This document shows, piece by piece, positions 25,901 to 35,100 of a DNA stretch of 64,000 nucleotides. The notes under the pieces are model-generated. The model saw only the letters and a list, made by a program, of their open reading frames with translations. It was not told the origin of the DNA and did not search any database. Position 1 is the first letter of the stretch, and each line of letters opens with the position of its first letter. The translations under genes and the position numbers were made by a program. Origin of the DNA: Verrucomicrobiia bacterium (lineage in GTDB: Bacteria; Verrucomicrobiota; Verrucomicrobiia; Limisphaerales; DASXHY01); the NCBI GenBank assembly GCA_036272195.1, contig DATAZE010000058.1:16326-80325 (forward strand), written 5' to 3'.

Positions 25901-26886
25901 TCACCGACCGCGAAGAGGGCCTGGTCATGTGCAGCGTCGGGACGCTGGTGGACGGCCAGCCTGACAACAACTTTTTGGATAAGGAAAAAATCATTCGTTA
26001 CAACCCGGACGGCAAACTCACCGGCGCCATGCATTCTTTCATGGCCGGAACGAATTTATTCGTGGTCGGCAAAAACGGCCTCTTCGTGCTCGGTCTGAGC
26101 TACACGGAATTGAAGGCGCCGACGATGGTTGCCGAATTGAGCGATCACGAATTCAAAAACCCCCGCGCGGTGGGCGTGCAATTCCGTTACGCTTTCGTGA
26201 CTGACGAAGAAGGCTTCAAAGTCGTGGACATCACCGATCCGGCGCATCCGAAATTGATTCCGGGCGCCACGGTGCCGCTCAAACACGCCCAGCGCTTTTA
26301 CCTCGCGCGCACTTACGCTTACGTGGCAGATGGCGAGGACGGCCTCGCATTCATCGACATCACCAATCCAGAGAAACCGAAACTGGAACGCCTCTACACC
26401 GCCGATGGCGCGCTCAACGACGTTCGTGCCGTGCAAGTCGGCTCCATCAGCGCATCGGAATTTGCGCTTGTCGCCGATGGAAAGAACGGCTTGCGGGTCA
26501 TTCAACTCATCTCGCCAGAAAACGTCCCCGGTCACATGGGCTTCAGTCCCGCGCCGAATCCGAAATTGATTGCGACTTATCCCACGAGCGGCCCGGCGCT
26601 CGCGGTTTCGCGCGGTCTTGACCGCGACCGCGTCGTCGATGAAACTGGCAATCAAACCGTGGTTTTTGGCCGGCGCGGCTCGCGTCCGTTCCACCTTGAT
26701 GAAATGGAAAAATTTTATCGGCATGAAGATGGCAGTCTGTATCAGGTGGAAGACGTCGTCGCCCGCGCGGGCAAACTCCAAGCTCGCGATGGAACCGAAC
26801 TTCCCGCGCCTGCCCGATTCGCAGCGCCACCTGAACCCACTCTTTCGTCACCTCCACAAAACCGCCTCGTTCGCCGGGGCAATTGA
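22798..26886 (+). CDS. Giant decahaem c-type cytochrome fused to a C-terminal LVIVD-repeat beta-propeller
   Basis: Ten CXXCH motifs (CLECH, CIDCH, CGVCH, CSACH, CMVCH, CVDCH, CIDCH, CQVCH, CFGCH, CTDCH). LVIVD-type repeats are present (YLYTANGEDGFEVFDVANI, YAFVTDEEGFKVVDITDP, YAYVADGEDGLAFIDITNP, FALVADGKNGLRVIQL). The signal-like segment ends in LFA/DD. The start is uncertain (ATG 22798/22801 inside the RAYT 3' end, or a non-canonical start later). Confidence 0.8.
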   Translation: MMQRPCGTNFCRPCGTRRRSGVHPSDESLGYFLSSLRTGLVAFAIFIFLSFILSSTPLFADDAGFGPSISVPRDLPENDPHGLPARNWIDQTREEATHKSLGCLECHKGIENTSMHVSPNVVLGCIDCHGGNPTPGLTQYKAHVQPSHPEFWPTSANPADADVLLNQESPEFIRFVNPGDLRVAQQTCGVCHQQAVGHVWLSMMNHGATLWGAALYNNGAFPLKNYRYGQAYGPNGEPLKLINPHTPTPEETRLHGILPFIEPPPRFPIAQPSNILRIFEKGGEKQLQLGIPNSEEEPGHPARRLSERGFGTLNRIDPVFLNIQKMRLHDPLLGFMGSNNHPGDYRSSGCSACHVIYANDRSPSQSGWYSKYGNQGLSFSGDQSGLRHDERGHPIHHELTRSIPSSQCMVCHMHQGNLFVNPFLGYTWWDQESDGEFMYPNPDNPIANDPHFRGSRSLAQMTQQHNPTDEEFVNSIRNNPEAAAARGLWGNLDFLEKTAELNPKLKNTQFADYHGHGWIFRAVFKHDRQGNLRDLDDNIIPHDDPDKWAKAVHLKDAHLAHGMQCVDCHFEADAHGNGNLYGDPRAATTIECIDCHGTILKRPSLQTTGNGGQIDLNQSSTPSGPRFIWEGKKLFQRSMMSPDVRWEIPQTMDTIDPASSHYNPKSAYAKTLRREGKEWGDAPNGEKCSRELAHDNSNISCQVCHSSWATSCFGCHLPMRANQRAPANKFEGVTTRNFTTYNPQVVRDDVFQLGIDATYKNHRLAILRSSSAVIVGSQNANREWVYSQQQTVSAEGYSGQAFNPHFPHTTSGVGTTKTCTDCHLSKENDNNAWMTQLLGFGTGAVNFFGRYAYVGEGKGGFDAVAWTEQEEPQAAFGSHLQKIAYPADYAQHETNHGVLTEAYHHHGKEILDLTLRGEYLYTANGEDGFEVFDVANIDQKGFSERIVSAPVSPLGQRTYVRTKYATSVTLPSTLGIDPLRQHYPEISKAEISGTGVPPVRSAQETHGRDARATTSDIYTGNEEQPISLIYTWAFITDREEGLVMCSVGTLVDGQPDNNFLDKEKIIRYNPDGKLTGAMHSFMAGTNLFVVGKNGLFVLGLSYTELKAPTMVAELSDHEFKNPRAVGVQFRYAFVTDEEGFKVVDITDPAHPKLIPGATVPLKHAQRFYLARTYAYVADGEDGLAFIDITNPEKPKLERLYTADGALNDVRAVQVGSISASEFALVADGKNGLRVIQLISPENVPGHMGFSPAPNPKLIATYPTSGPALAVSRGLDRDRVVDETGNQTVVFGRRGSRPFHLDEMEKFYRHEDGSLYQVEDVVARAGKLQARDGTELPAPARFAAPPEPTLSSPPQNRLVRRGN

Positions 26887-26914
26887 TTAGAATGTTTCTC
26901 AAAAGAAATTACTT

Positions 26915-28012
26915 ATGAAAAAACTCCGTTTCGCCATCGCCGCGCTTTGCGCACTCCTGGCCATCACCGCCCGTTCGCAAGAAGAGAAGCCGCCCGTCCG
27001 CATCGCCATCATTGGCCTGAGCCACGACCACGCCTACGGCTTTTTACCGCGATTGCCGGAGCGAAAAGATGTAGTGCTCGTGGGAATCGTGGAAACGAAC
27101 ACCGACCTGATTCAACGCTACAGCAAACGATACCATCTCGACCCCGGCCTGTTCTTTCCCAACGCCGAAGCACTATTGGCTCACACCAATGTCCAGGCTG
27201 TTGCTGCTTTTGGCAGCGTCTTTGAGCATCGGCAGGTGGTGGAGGAATTCGCGCCGCATCATATCGACGTGATGATGGAAAAACCGCTGGCCGTGAACAT
27301 GAAACACGCGCGCGCCATCGAAGCCGCCGCGAAGAAATACGGCATCCAGGTCATCGTGAATTACGAGACGACGTGGTATCCCGGCAACGCCGCCGCTTAT
27401 GACATCGTGCAAAGCCATGCAATCGGTGATGTGCGGAAAATCGTGGCCCACTACGGCCACAACGGCCCCAAGGAAATCGGCTGCTCCACGAATTTTTTAA
27501 ACTGGCTGACCGATCCAGTCCTGAACGGCGGCGGTGCGGTGGTTGATTTTGGTTGTTACGGCGCGGATTGGATCACCTGGCTGATGCATGGTGAAGCGCC
27601 GACTTCCGTGTTCGCGGTCACGCAACAAATCAAACCGGACGTGTATCCGAAAGTGGACGATGAAGCGACGATTGTTCTCACCTATCCCAAGGCGCAGGCG
27701 ATCATTCAAGCCTCCTGGAACTGGCCGTTCAATCGCAAAGATATCGAAATCTACGGCCGTACCGGCTACGTGATAGTGCCGAACCCTGACTTGATGCACG
27801 TGCGGAAACCGGGCGAAGGCCAGGAGCACGACGTCACACCCCCGCCCATCGCCGGGCCGGATGCGGACCCGTTGTCCTATCTCCTCGCCGTCGTGCGTGG
27901 TGAAATCAAACCCGCCGGCCCGTCTTCGTTGGGGGTAAATTTGATCGCGATGGAAATTCTGGACGCCGCCCGCGAATCCGCCCGCACCGGCAAGCGCGTC
28001 GAACTGAAATAA
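26915..28012 (+). CDS. Exported Gfo/Idh/MocA-family oxidoreductase
   Basis: Sec-type signal peptide MKKLRFAIAALCALLAITARSQ, followed by the Rossmann start RIAIIGLSHDH and the EKP motif (MMEKPLA). Confidence 0.85.
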   Translation: MKKLRFAIAALCALLAITARSQEEKPPVRIAIIGLSHDHAYGFLPRLPERKDVVLVGIVETNTDLIQRYSKRYHLDPGLFFPNAEALLAHTNVQAVAAFGSVFEHRQVVEEFAPHHIDVMMEKPLAVNMKHARAIEAAAKKYGIQVIVNYETTWYPGNAAAYDIVQSHAIGDVRKIVAHYGHNGPKEIGCSTNFLNWLTDPVLNGGGAVVDFGCYGADWITWLMHGEAPTSVFAVTQQIKPDVYPKVDDEATIVLTYPKAQAIIQASWNWPFNRKDIEIYGRTGYVIVPNPDLMHVRKPGEGQEHDVTPPPIAGPDADPLSYLLAVVRGEIKPAGPSSLGVNLIAMEILDAARESARTGKRVELK

Positions 28013-28045
28013 TTTTAAACGCGCTGGCGCCGTTCAACCAATGAT

Positions 28046-28082
28046 GTAGCCGCCGACGTTAGTCGGCGGCTACGGCATTTTT
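28046..28082 (+). terminator. Hairpin GTAGCCGCCGAC-GTTA-GTCGGCGGCTAC followed by GGCATTTTT (terminator-like; also a REP-family member)
   Basis: Perfect 12-bp stem read from the sequence, lying between convergent genes. It shares the GTAGCCGCCGACG core with 63161-63232. Confidence 0.5.
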
Positions 28083-28097
28083 AGAGACGCGCTGAGT

Positions 28098-28826
28098 TCA
28101 CGCGGCAAATTTGGCGTGACGTTCCGCGATGAAATCCCAGTTGATCACGTTCCAGAATGCGCCGATATATTCCGGCCGGCGATTTTGATATTTGAGATAG
28201 TAAGCGTGTTCCCAAACATCGAGGCCGAGGAGCGGCTGCCGGCCATGGCTCAGGGGCGAATCCTGGTTCGGTGAAGTTTCAATCTTTAAATCTCCGCCGT
28301 CCACGACAAGCCACGCCCAGCCACTGCCAAAAACCTTGGTCGCGGCTTCCGTGAATTTATCCTTGAAGGCGCCGAAACTTCCAAAATTCTTGTCGATGGC
28401 TTTCCCCAATCCAGCGGACGGCGCGCCGCCGCCCTTTTTCAACATCTGCCAGAACAACGAATGATTGAAATGACCACCACCGTGATTGCGGACGGCTATT
28501 CGGATTTTCTCCGGAATGAATTCCAAATCCCCGATCAATTCCTCGATCGATTTCTTGCCCAGATCGGGAAAGTCCCCAACAGCTTTGTTCAAGTTCGCGA
28601 CATACGCGGCGTGATGTTTGTCGTGATGAATCTGCATGGTTTGCGCATCGATGTGCGGCTCCATCGCATCATAAGGATAGGACAGCGGCGGCAGCGTGAA
28701 CGGACCGCTCGGAACCGCTGGCGAGGCGGGAGCGGTTTGGCTTTGGGCATTCGGCAGTATTGAGCCCACGGCACAAACCGTGACAGCCATGGCGGTGGTT
28801 TTAAGAGCTTTGCGTCGCGTCATCAT
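28098..28826 (-). CDS. Fe/Mn superoxide dismutase with a Tat-like signal peptide
   Basis: [27 protein letters not shown] and DVWEHAYYL are canonical Fe/Mn-SOD blocks. The N-terminus is [21 protein letters not shown]. Confidence 0.9.
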   Translation of the reverse strand: MMTRRKALKTTAMAVTVCAVGSILPNAQSQTAPASPAVPSGPFTLPPLSYPYDAMEPHIDAQTMQIHHDKHHAAYVANLNKAVGDFPDLGKKSIEELIGDLEFIPEKIRIAVRNHGGGHFNHSLFWQMLKKGGGAPSAGLGKAIDKNFGSFGAFKDKFTEAATKVFGSGWAWLVVDGGDLKIETSPNQDSPLSHGRQPLLGLDVWEHAYYLKYQNRRPEYIGAFWNVINWDFIAERHAKFAA

Positions 28827-28965
28827 AAATATCCTTTTGTTGTTCGGGCAACTTTTACGGTTTACGAGTGGTTCGCCTCATCTTTCCCCTGCGAGGCAAC
28901 TTATGCAAGTCATGGAAATGCATCACGACGGCTATGATCGAATCCGTCACTCCGGGAATTTTGAC

Positions 28966-29850
28966 CTACCGGACCTGCTTGAAAAGTTTTCTCAGGAATT
29001 TTAATCCGCCAATGGCAATTTCGTCGCGAGTCGGTTCCATGCGGCGCCAGACAGCGGCACTGCGGGCGATGTCCGGAACATCCAAAGTCACCGATTCAAT
29101 CACCACGTCCCCTTTATATCGAATCGCCCCCAGCGCCTTCGCAAAACCCCGCCAATCCGTATCGTCATTTCCAGGTGTGCCCCGGTCGCGGCCGCAAACG
29201 TGAAGGTGCGCGAGATGTTTTCCCGCTTTGCGGATGGCCTTCGCCATTGATTTTTCCTCGATGTTCGCATGAAAAGTGTCCAGGTGCAGCTTCAACGCGG
29301 GACTGCCCACCTCCTCAATCAACCTGGCCCCCTGTTCCAGCGTGTTGAGAAAATCAGTTTCAAAACGATTCAGCGGTTCGACGCAAACAAGTTTCCCCCG
29401 CTCTTCCGCGTACTTCGCCACGATTCTCAAATTGCGCACGACCGTTTTCCATTGCTCCCGGTAATCTTTGGGAGCCACCGCCTCCGCCCGGCCCACGTAA
29501 GAATAAATCGGCCCGCCCAGCACCGGGCAATCGAGCGCCACCATTTGATCCAGCAGCGCACAAAGAAATTTCACACCGTTCCGCTGACTGGCGGGGAAGC
29601 CGCGCAAATCGCGGTCCGGATTCATGGCTCCGCAGATGGAACCACAGACTAATCCCTGTTTTTCCAACTCACTCTTTATAAATGCTGGATCAATGTGCGA
29701 AGGGTCTTGAATCAGAAGTTCCACCGCGTCGAATCCCCATTTTTTGAACCGGCGAAAAAGATTCGCGTTCTCGTTTTTAAACGGAAAGACGAACAGCACC
29801 GTGTTAACACTTAGTCTCATGCTCTTTGGTGAGGTGATATTCGCGCCCAC
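28966..29850 (-). CDS. Sugar-phosphate isomerase/epimerase (xylose-isomerase-like TIM barrel)
   Basis: 294 aa with AP-endonuclease-2/TIM-barrel-like blocks (GFDAVEL, CVEPLNRFETDFLNT, HLHVCGRDRGTPG). It starts 8 nt downstream of the regulator gene. Confidence 0.7.
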   Translation of the reverse strand: MGANITSPKSMRLSVNTVLFVFPFKNENANLFRRFKKWGFDAVELLIQDPSHIDPAFIKSELEKQGLVCGSICGAMNPDRDLRGFPASQRNGVKFLCALLDQMVALDCPVLGGPIYSYVGRAEAVAPKDYREQWKTVVRNLRIVAKYAEERGKLVCVEPLNRFETDFLNTLEQGARLIEEVGSPALKLHLDTFHANIEEKSMAKAIRKAGKHLAHLHVCGRDRGTPGNDDTDWRGFAKALGAIRYKGDVVIESVTLDVPDIARSAAVWRRMEPTRDEIAIGGLKFLRKLFKQVR

Positions 29851-29858
29851 CGGTTAAA

Positions 29859-30989
29859 TCAACGACGAACTGGCGAATTTTTCCGCGACAAATACGCGCC
29901 GCAGGATTCGCGGATGACGAGTTGCGGAGCCAGCAGGACGTTCCGCGGCGGAAGCGTTGGCTCCGCGATGCGGCTGAGCATCGTTTGAAAGGCTGTGACC
30001 GCGATGTCTTTGCACGGTTGCCGGATGGTCGTCAATGGAACGCTGACCAGCGTCGCGTATTTCGCATCGTCAAAGCCCGCCACGCGCACGTCCTCCGGTA
30101 CGCGCCAGCGATTGTGTTCAATGGTCCGAATCAATTGCGCCGCCGTCAGGTCATTGGCGCAAATAATCGCATCCCACCTTTTTCCGGCCATGAGGGAACA
30201 GACAAATTTGGAGTCTTGCGGATCACCCGTCTGCAACCAATCCGGCTGCACTTCGATTTTATTGCGCGCGAGCGCTTCCCGCACTCCGGCAAATCTCCGC
30301 TCCACCGTCGGCGCCGAAAGCGGCCGCATGACAAACGCGATATCTTTGCAGCCGAGCTTGATTAAATGTTCCGCCAGCAAATAACCCGCGGCCACGTTGT
30401 CCAATCCCACCACGTCGAATCTCCCGCTCCTGGGAAAAGCGGCGAGATCGCGGTCCAGTAGCACCAGCGCAATCCCGGCCTCGCTGAATTGTTCCGAAAT
30501 GCTGCGATTGACCTCATCCTGACCTTCGGTCAATTCGAACGGCGCAAAAAACACGCCGGCCACGCGCCGCTCAATGAACTGCTCACAAAGTTCGCGTGCA
30601 TGTTCGCGGCTCCCGTCCTGGTCCAGCCGCGGATGAGACGAACCTCCCCAGAGCAGCGTGTACTCGCTCCTTCGTCCCAGGCTGGCGAGTTCGCCGCAGA
30701 TAATTTCAAAAATTTCCGTCGTTCCCAGCCCCGGAATCAGCAGGCCTATCTGCCGCGTCGCCACCGCCACGCGTTTTTTATCGCGCACAAAAGTTCCCGC
30801 TCCGGCCCGGCGCTCGATAATTCCTTCCGCCATCAAATCGCGAAAGGCCCGCGCGACCGTCGGCCGCGAAACTTTGAATTGAGTGGATAACTGCGCTTCG
30901 CTCGGCAACCGATCGGCCGCGCCATATTTGCCCGCGGCGATTTGAGTGAGCAAATATTTCGAGATATCGGAGTGCTTATGCGCGTTCAT
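29859..30989 (-). CDS. GntR-type winged-HTH regulator fused to a LacI/PBP1-type sugar-binding domain
   Basis: N-terminal LPSEAQLSTQFKVSRPTVARAFRDLMAEGIIERRAGAGTFV, with a C-terminal periplasmic-binding-protein-like fold. Confidence 0.8.
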   Translation of the reverse strand: MNAHKHSDISKYLLTQIAAGKYGAADRLPSEAQLSTQFKVSRPTVARAFRDLMAEGIIERRAGAGTFVRDKKRVAVATRQIGLLIPGLGTTEIFEIICGELASLGRRSEYTLLWGGSSHPRLDQDGSREHARELCEQFIERRVAGVFFAPFELTEGQDEVNRSISEQFSEAGIALVLLDRDLAAFPRSGRFDVVGLDNVAAGYLLAEHLIKLGCKDIAFVMRPLSAPTVERRFAGVREALARNKIEVQPDWLQTGDPQDSKFVCSLMAGKRWDAIICANDLTAAQLIRTIEHNRWRVPEDVRVAGFDDAKYATLVSVPLTTIRQPCKDIAVTAFQTMLSRIAEPTLPPRNVLLAPQLVIRESCGAYLSRKNSPVRR

Positions 30990-31098
30990 GTGAGACGATG
31001 TGTGTACTTACAACCGCAAATCCTGTAATGACATCTTTCTGCCAAGCTGTCTAGTCTGGATTTGCGTTCTTTTCCGATGCGGAGGAAAAATTGTATAG

Positions 31099-32022
31099 AT
31101 GAAGCTCACGTCCGCACCCCGCGTCGGTTGGCGTCATCGAACGAGAATTTCCGGACTCTCCCATGGTCCAAAGAATCTTTCGCTCGACTCCGTCCCCCAG
31201 ACTGCGCCCATTCCTTTTGCCGATCGTACGCATCGGACAGCTTTCACGCTGATTGAACTCCTGGTCGTCATCGCCATCATCGCCATTCTGGCGGCGATGC
31301 TTTTGCCGGCCCTGGCCAAGGCCAAGGACAAGGCCAATCGAATTTCCTGCCTGAACAATCTGCGACAGATCGGCTTGTTCATGCAGCTTTACACGGACGA
31401 TAACTCCGACACATTTCCGGCGCACAGGGATTATCCGTGGTTCATTCCGCCAAACGGCGATCCGCTCAACAATTGGTGGGGCCAGTACATCGTCACTTAC
31501 GGCGGCGGCAAATCGAACCTGTTCATGTGCCCTGCCATCAAGGGCGTCCAGCACAACGCCGATGGCTCAGCCTGGCAGTGGGCCTTTAACCGCAACCTCG
31601 TCGGCTACGGTTATAACTCCTATTTTCTAGGGGCCTTCCCTCAACCGACTTCCATCGACAACGTGACCGTCGGCACTTTCAAATTCACCCCCAACCCCTG
31701 GTTTAAACGGGCGAATGTCCTGCAGCCCTCGGAAAATCTTACGATTTGCGACTCCGATCCGAAACCCGACGGAACGGACAGTTATTCCTGCTGGTGGCCG
31801 AAGGCAGCTCAAACTGTTTCCGGCAGCGGGAGCGGCCAGTTCGAGGGCGTCTGCGTGTATCGTCATAAACCGTCCGGCAACGTCGTGTTTTCCGATTCGC
31901 ACGCCGAGTCGCGCAAAGATTCGGAAATCAATCCACCTATTGATCCGCTCAGTGGTGGCAGTTTGAAATGCCTCGCCAATTCCCGTTTTTGGGATCCGCA
32001 GCGCCGCGCGGGCGGGCTTTAA
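31099..32022 (+). CDS. Prepilin-type N-terminal cleavage/methylation domain protein (DUF1559 / H-X9-DG family)
   Basis: [44 protein letters not shown] and C-terminal [10 protein letters not shown]. The pre-cleavage leader is unusually long if ATG 31099 is the start. Confidence 0.8.
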   Translation: MKLTSAPRVGWRHRTRISGLSHGPKNLSLDSVPQTAPIPFADRTHRTAFTLIELLVVIAIIAILAAMLLPALAKAKDKANRISCLNNLRQIGLFMQLYTDDNSDTFPAHRDYPWFIPPNGDPLNNWWGQYIVTYGGGKSNLFMCPAIKGVQHNADGSAWQWAFNRNLVGYGYNSYFLGAFPQPTSIDNVTVGTFKFTPNPWFKRANVLQPSENLTICDSDPKPDGTDSYSCWWPKAAQTVSGSGSGQFEGVCVYRHKPSGNVVFSDSHAESRKDSEINPPIDPLSGGSLKCLANSRFWDPQRRAGGL

Positions 32023-32112
32023 ATTTCTCCGCTGAATTCATGGAAGTAAAATTTTTGCCCAATTTCCTCCCCTAAAAACCCGAAACCAACCCTCCGTTGA
32101 AAGTCCGAACCT

Positions 32113-35100
32113 ATGAAGGCGCAATGCAAATTCACTTCACCAAACCCTGAATCCCGGCACCTCAACTCCCGGGAAGCAACGGCTGTTCTTCGAGATTCCA
32201 CCCGAAGAATTGTTTTCTCCCTCGCGCTGCTGCTCTCACTGGCGGCGGCGGCCGGTGCGCAGACCATCGCCTATTTTGCCGACCCCGTCGCGACCAGCTT
32301 CGGCGGCGCATCCGGCAATCCGCCTGCGCTGAATATCGGAAATACTTTTCATGTCACCGGCGCCGGCATCACTGTTTTCCAACTCGGCGCTTTCGACTGG
32401 CAGGGCGATGGTCTTGCCACCGCGCATACGGTCACGCTTTTTTCCAATCAAGTCGCCATCGCCTCGGTCACGGTTCCCGCCGGCACCGCGGCTCCGTTGG
32501 TCAATGGTTTTCGCCTCGCGCCATTGCCTTCGCCCATCACCCTGCTGGCCGGTGATTATGCCGTGGTCAGCTACCAGATGAACGCCAACGATCCTTACGG
32601 CGATTACAACGGCGATAATCCGCCGGGCTTCAATACCGGCGCCAGCCTGACTCGCGGGGATGGAATCTACGAATTTACCCTCAGCACCACGTCCTACCCG
32701 CCCACTGTCGACACGGGATATAATTTCGTCAGCGCCACGTTCACTTATATTGACTCGACGGGCGTTTGGAACGGCGCCGGTGCGGATAACAATTGGAGCA
32801 CGAGCGCCAACTGGAGCAACGGACTGCCGGCCTTCCCCGCAGTCGTGAACTTCGCAGGCAACACGCGGCCAGCCAATAACAACGATCTCTCAGGCATCAC
32901 GTTGAACGGCATCATCTACGATCCCGCCGCCGGAGCCTTCACGCTCAACGGAAACGACATCACACTGAACGGCAACATCAGTTTCGGCGCGAATCCCTCG
33001 ACGCTGGTTACCCAGAAGATCAATCTGAACATGGCTTGGAACAGTTACGTGAATATCGAAACACCGGCCAACGGCAATCTGATGCTCGCCGGAAATATCA
33101 CTTCTGCGAATGGTCTGACCAAAATCGACAACGGGACTCTGACTCTGAGCGGCACCAATACAATCGCGGGCGCAATTTTCAACGGCGGCACCAACATCAT
33201 CACCGGCAGCACCACCATTAACGGCACGGGCGGCGTTTTCTACGTCGGCAGCCGGAACGCCGCCTACAAAGGCACTCTCGTCCTCCAACCCAATTCGTCA
33301 CTGACGGTCATCGGCAACTTCGGAGATGCCGCCGTGATCGGCCGCGATGGCGGCAGCGGCACGGTGATTCAAAATGGCGGTACGCTTACTTTCACTCCCA
33401 ATAATAACCAAAGCGTCTTTGTCGCGGCCACCGGCAGTTCGGCCACGCGGGCGGAATATCACATGAACGGCGGCTTGCTCGACATGGGCAATAACCGGCT
33501 CGGCATCGGCTTCGGCGCCACCTTGTCCACCGGCATGGTTGCCCAGGTCAGCGGCGTCATCACCAACGTCGGACATCTGTTGATTCCATTTGTCAGCGGC
33601 GGCGGCAATGGCATCGGCATCTATACGCTGAGCGGCGGAAGCATCTACATCGGCTCCGGCGGCATCACCTCGGACGGCAACCGTCACGAAATTGACCTTG
33701 GCGGCGGCACGGTCGGAGCGTATTCGTCGTGGACCTCGCCTTTGAGCATGAACCTGACGAACCTGAACGGCTCGGTCACGTTCAACCCCGGCGGCAACAC
33801 CATTCTGCTCTCGGGCGTGCTTTCCGGCAACGGTGGTTTGACCGTGGCGGGCGGCGGTGTGCTCGAGTTGTCCGGCGCGAACACCTACACCGGCGACACC
33901 AGCGTCACTTCCGGCAGCATCTTGCAGTTGGATGCCACCGGCAGCATCATCGGCGCGGTTCGCCTGGCGAATGGCGCCCAGTTGAACTTAAACTTCGGCG
34001 GCACATATGCGGTGGGCGGGTTGTACACCAACGGCGTGGCCCTGCCGGTCGGCACGTACAATGCCGGCAATCTTTCCGGCTTCCTTATCGGTTCCGGAGA
34101 TCTGCAGGTGGCAAACAACATCAGCACCGGCCTCTGGGACGGCGGTGGCGCGAATAATAATTGGAGCACCGGCGCTAACTGGGATCAGAATGCGGCGCCC
34201 ATCTTTCCCCTTAGCTTGACCTTTGCCGGTTCCACGCGCCTGACCAACAACAACGATCTTTCGAGCATTTCTGTCAGCGGCATCACTTTCGATTCCGCCG
34301 CGGGACCGTTTGAACTCGACGGCAATGACATCACATTAACCGGCCCGATTGGTTTCAGTGCAAATCCGCCGGCGCCCGTCACCCAGACTATCAATTTCAA
34401 CCTGAACTGGACGACCGACGAAACCATTGACACGCCGACCAACGGTAATCTCACCCTCGGCGGCAGCATCAGTTCCGCAAACAATTTGACCAAGATCGAC
34501 GCCGCCACGCTGACCTTGGGCGGAATCGATTCCTTCTCCGGCTACAGTCTCAACGGCGGCACCAATATTATCACTGGCCAGGTCACCATCAACGGCTCCA
34601 GTGGGCATCGCGTCTATTTGGGTGATGGCCAATCGATCCCCAACGCCTCCGGCACGCTCGTTCTTCAAAACGGGTCGGCGTTCACGGTCGTGGGCAGCTT
34701 TGATGATGCCCTCGTCCTCGGCCGCGACGGCGGAAGCGGAAGAGTCATCCAAAATGGCGGCACCTTCACCTACAGCCCGGCCAACCAGACATTCTTGTTC
34801 GTCGGCGCCACCAGCCAGGTCGGCACGAAGTCAGAATACGACATGAACGGTGGTGTGTTCGACCTGCAGGGAAATTCATTGGGAGTCGCTTTGGCGGACG
34901 GAGGCGTTTCATCGACCGACACCGTAAACCAGGTCGGCGGTGTCATCGACAATGTCGGCACGCTGCAACTCGGCTCAATTCGCGCCACTGGCTTGGGCAT
35001 TTATAACCTTGTCGGCGGCCGCATCAATATCGGCTTCGGCGGCATCACCACTTCCAGCGGCCTTTATGCCCTCAACCTCGGCGGCGGCACTGTGGGCGCT

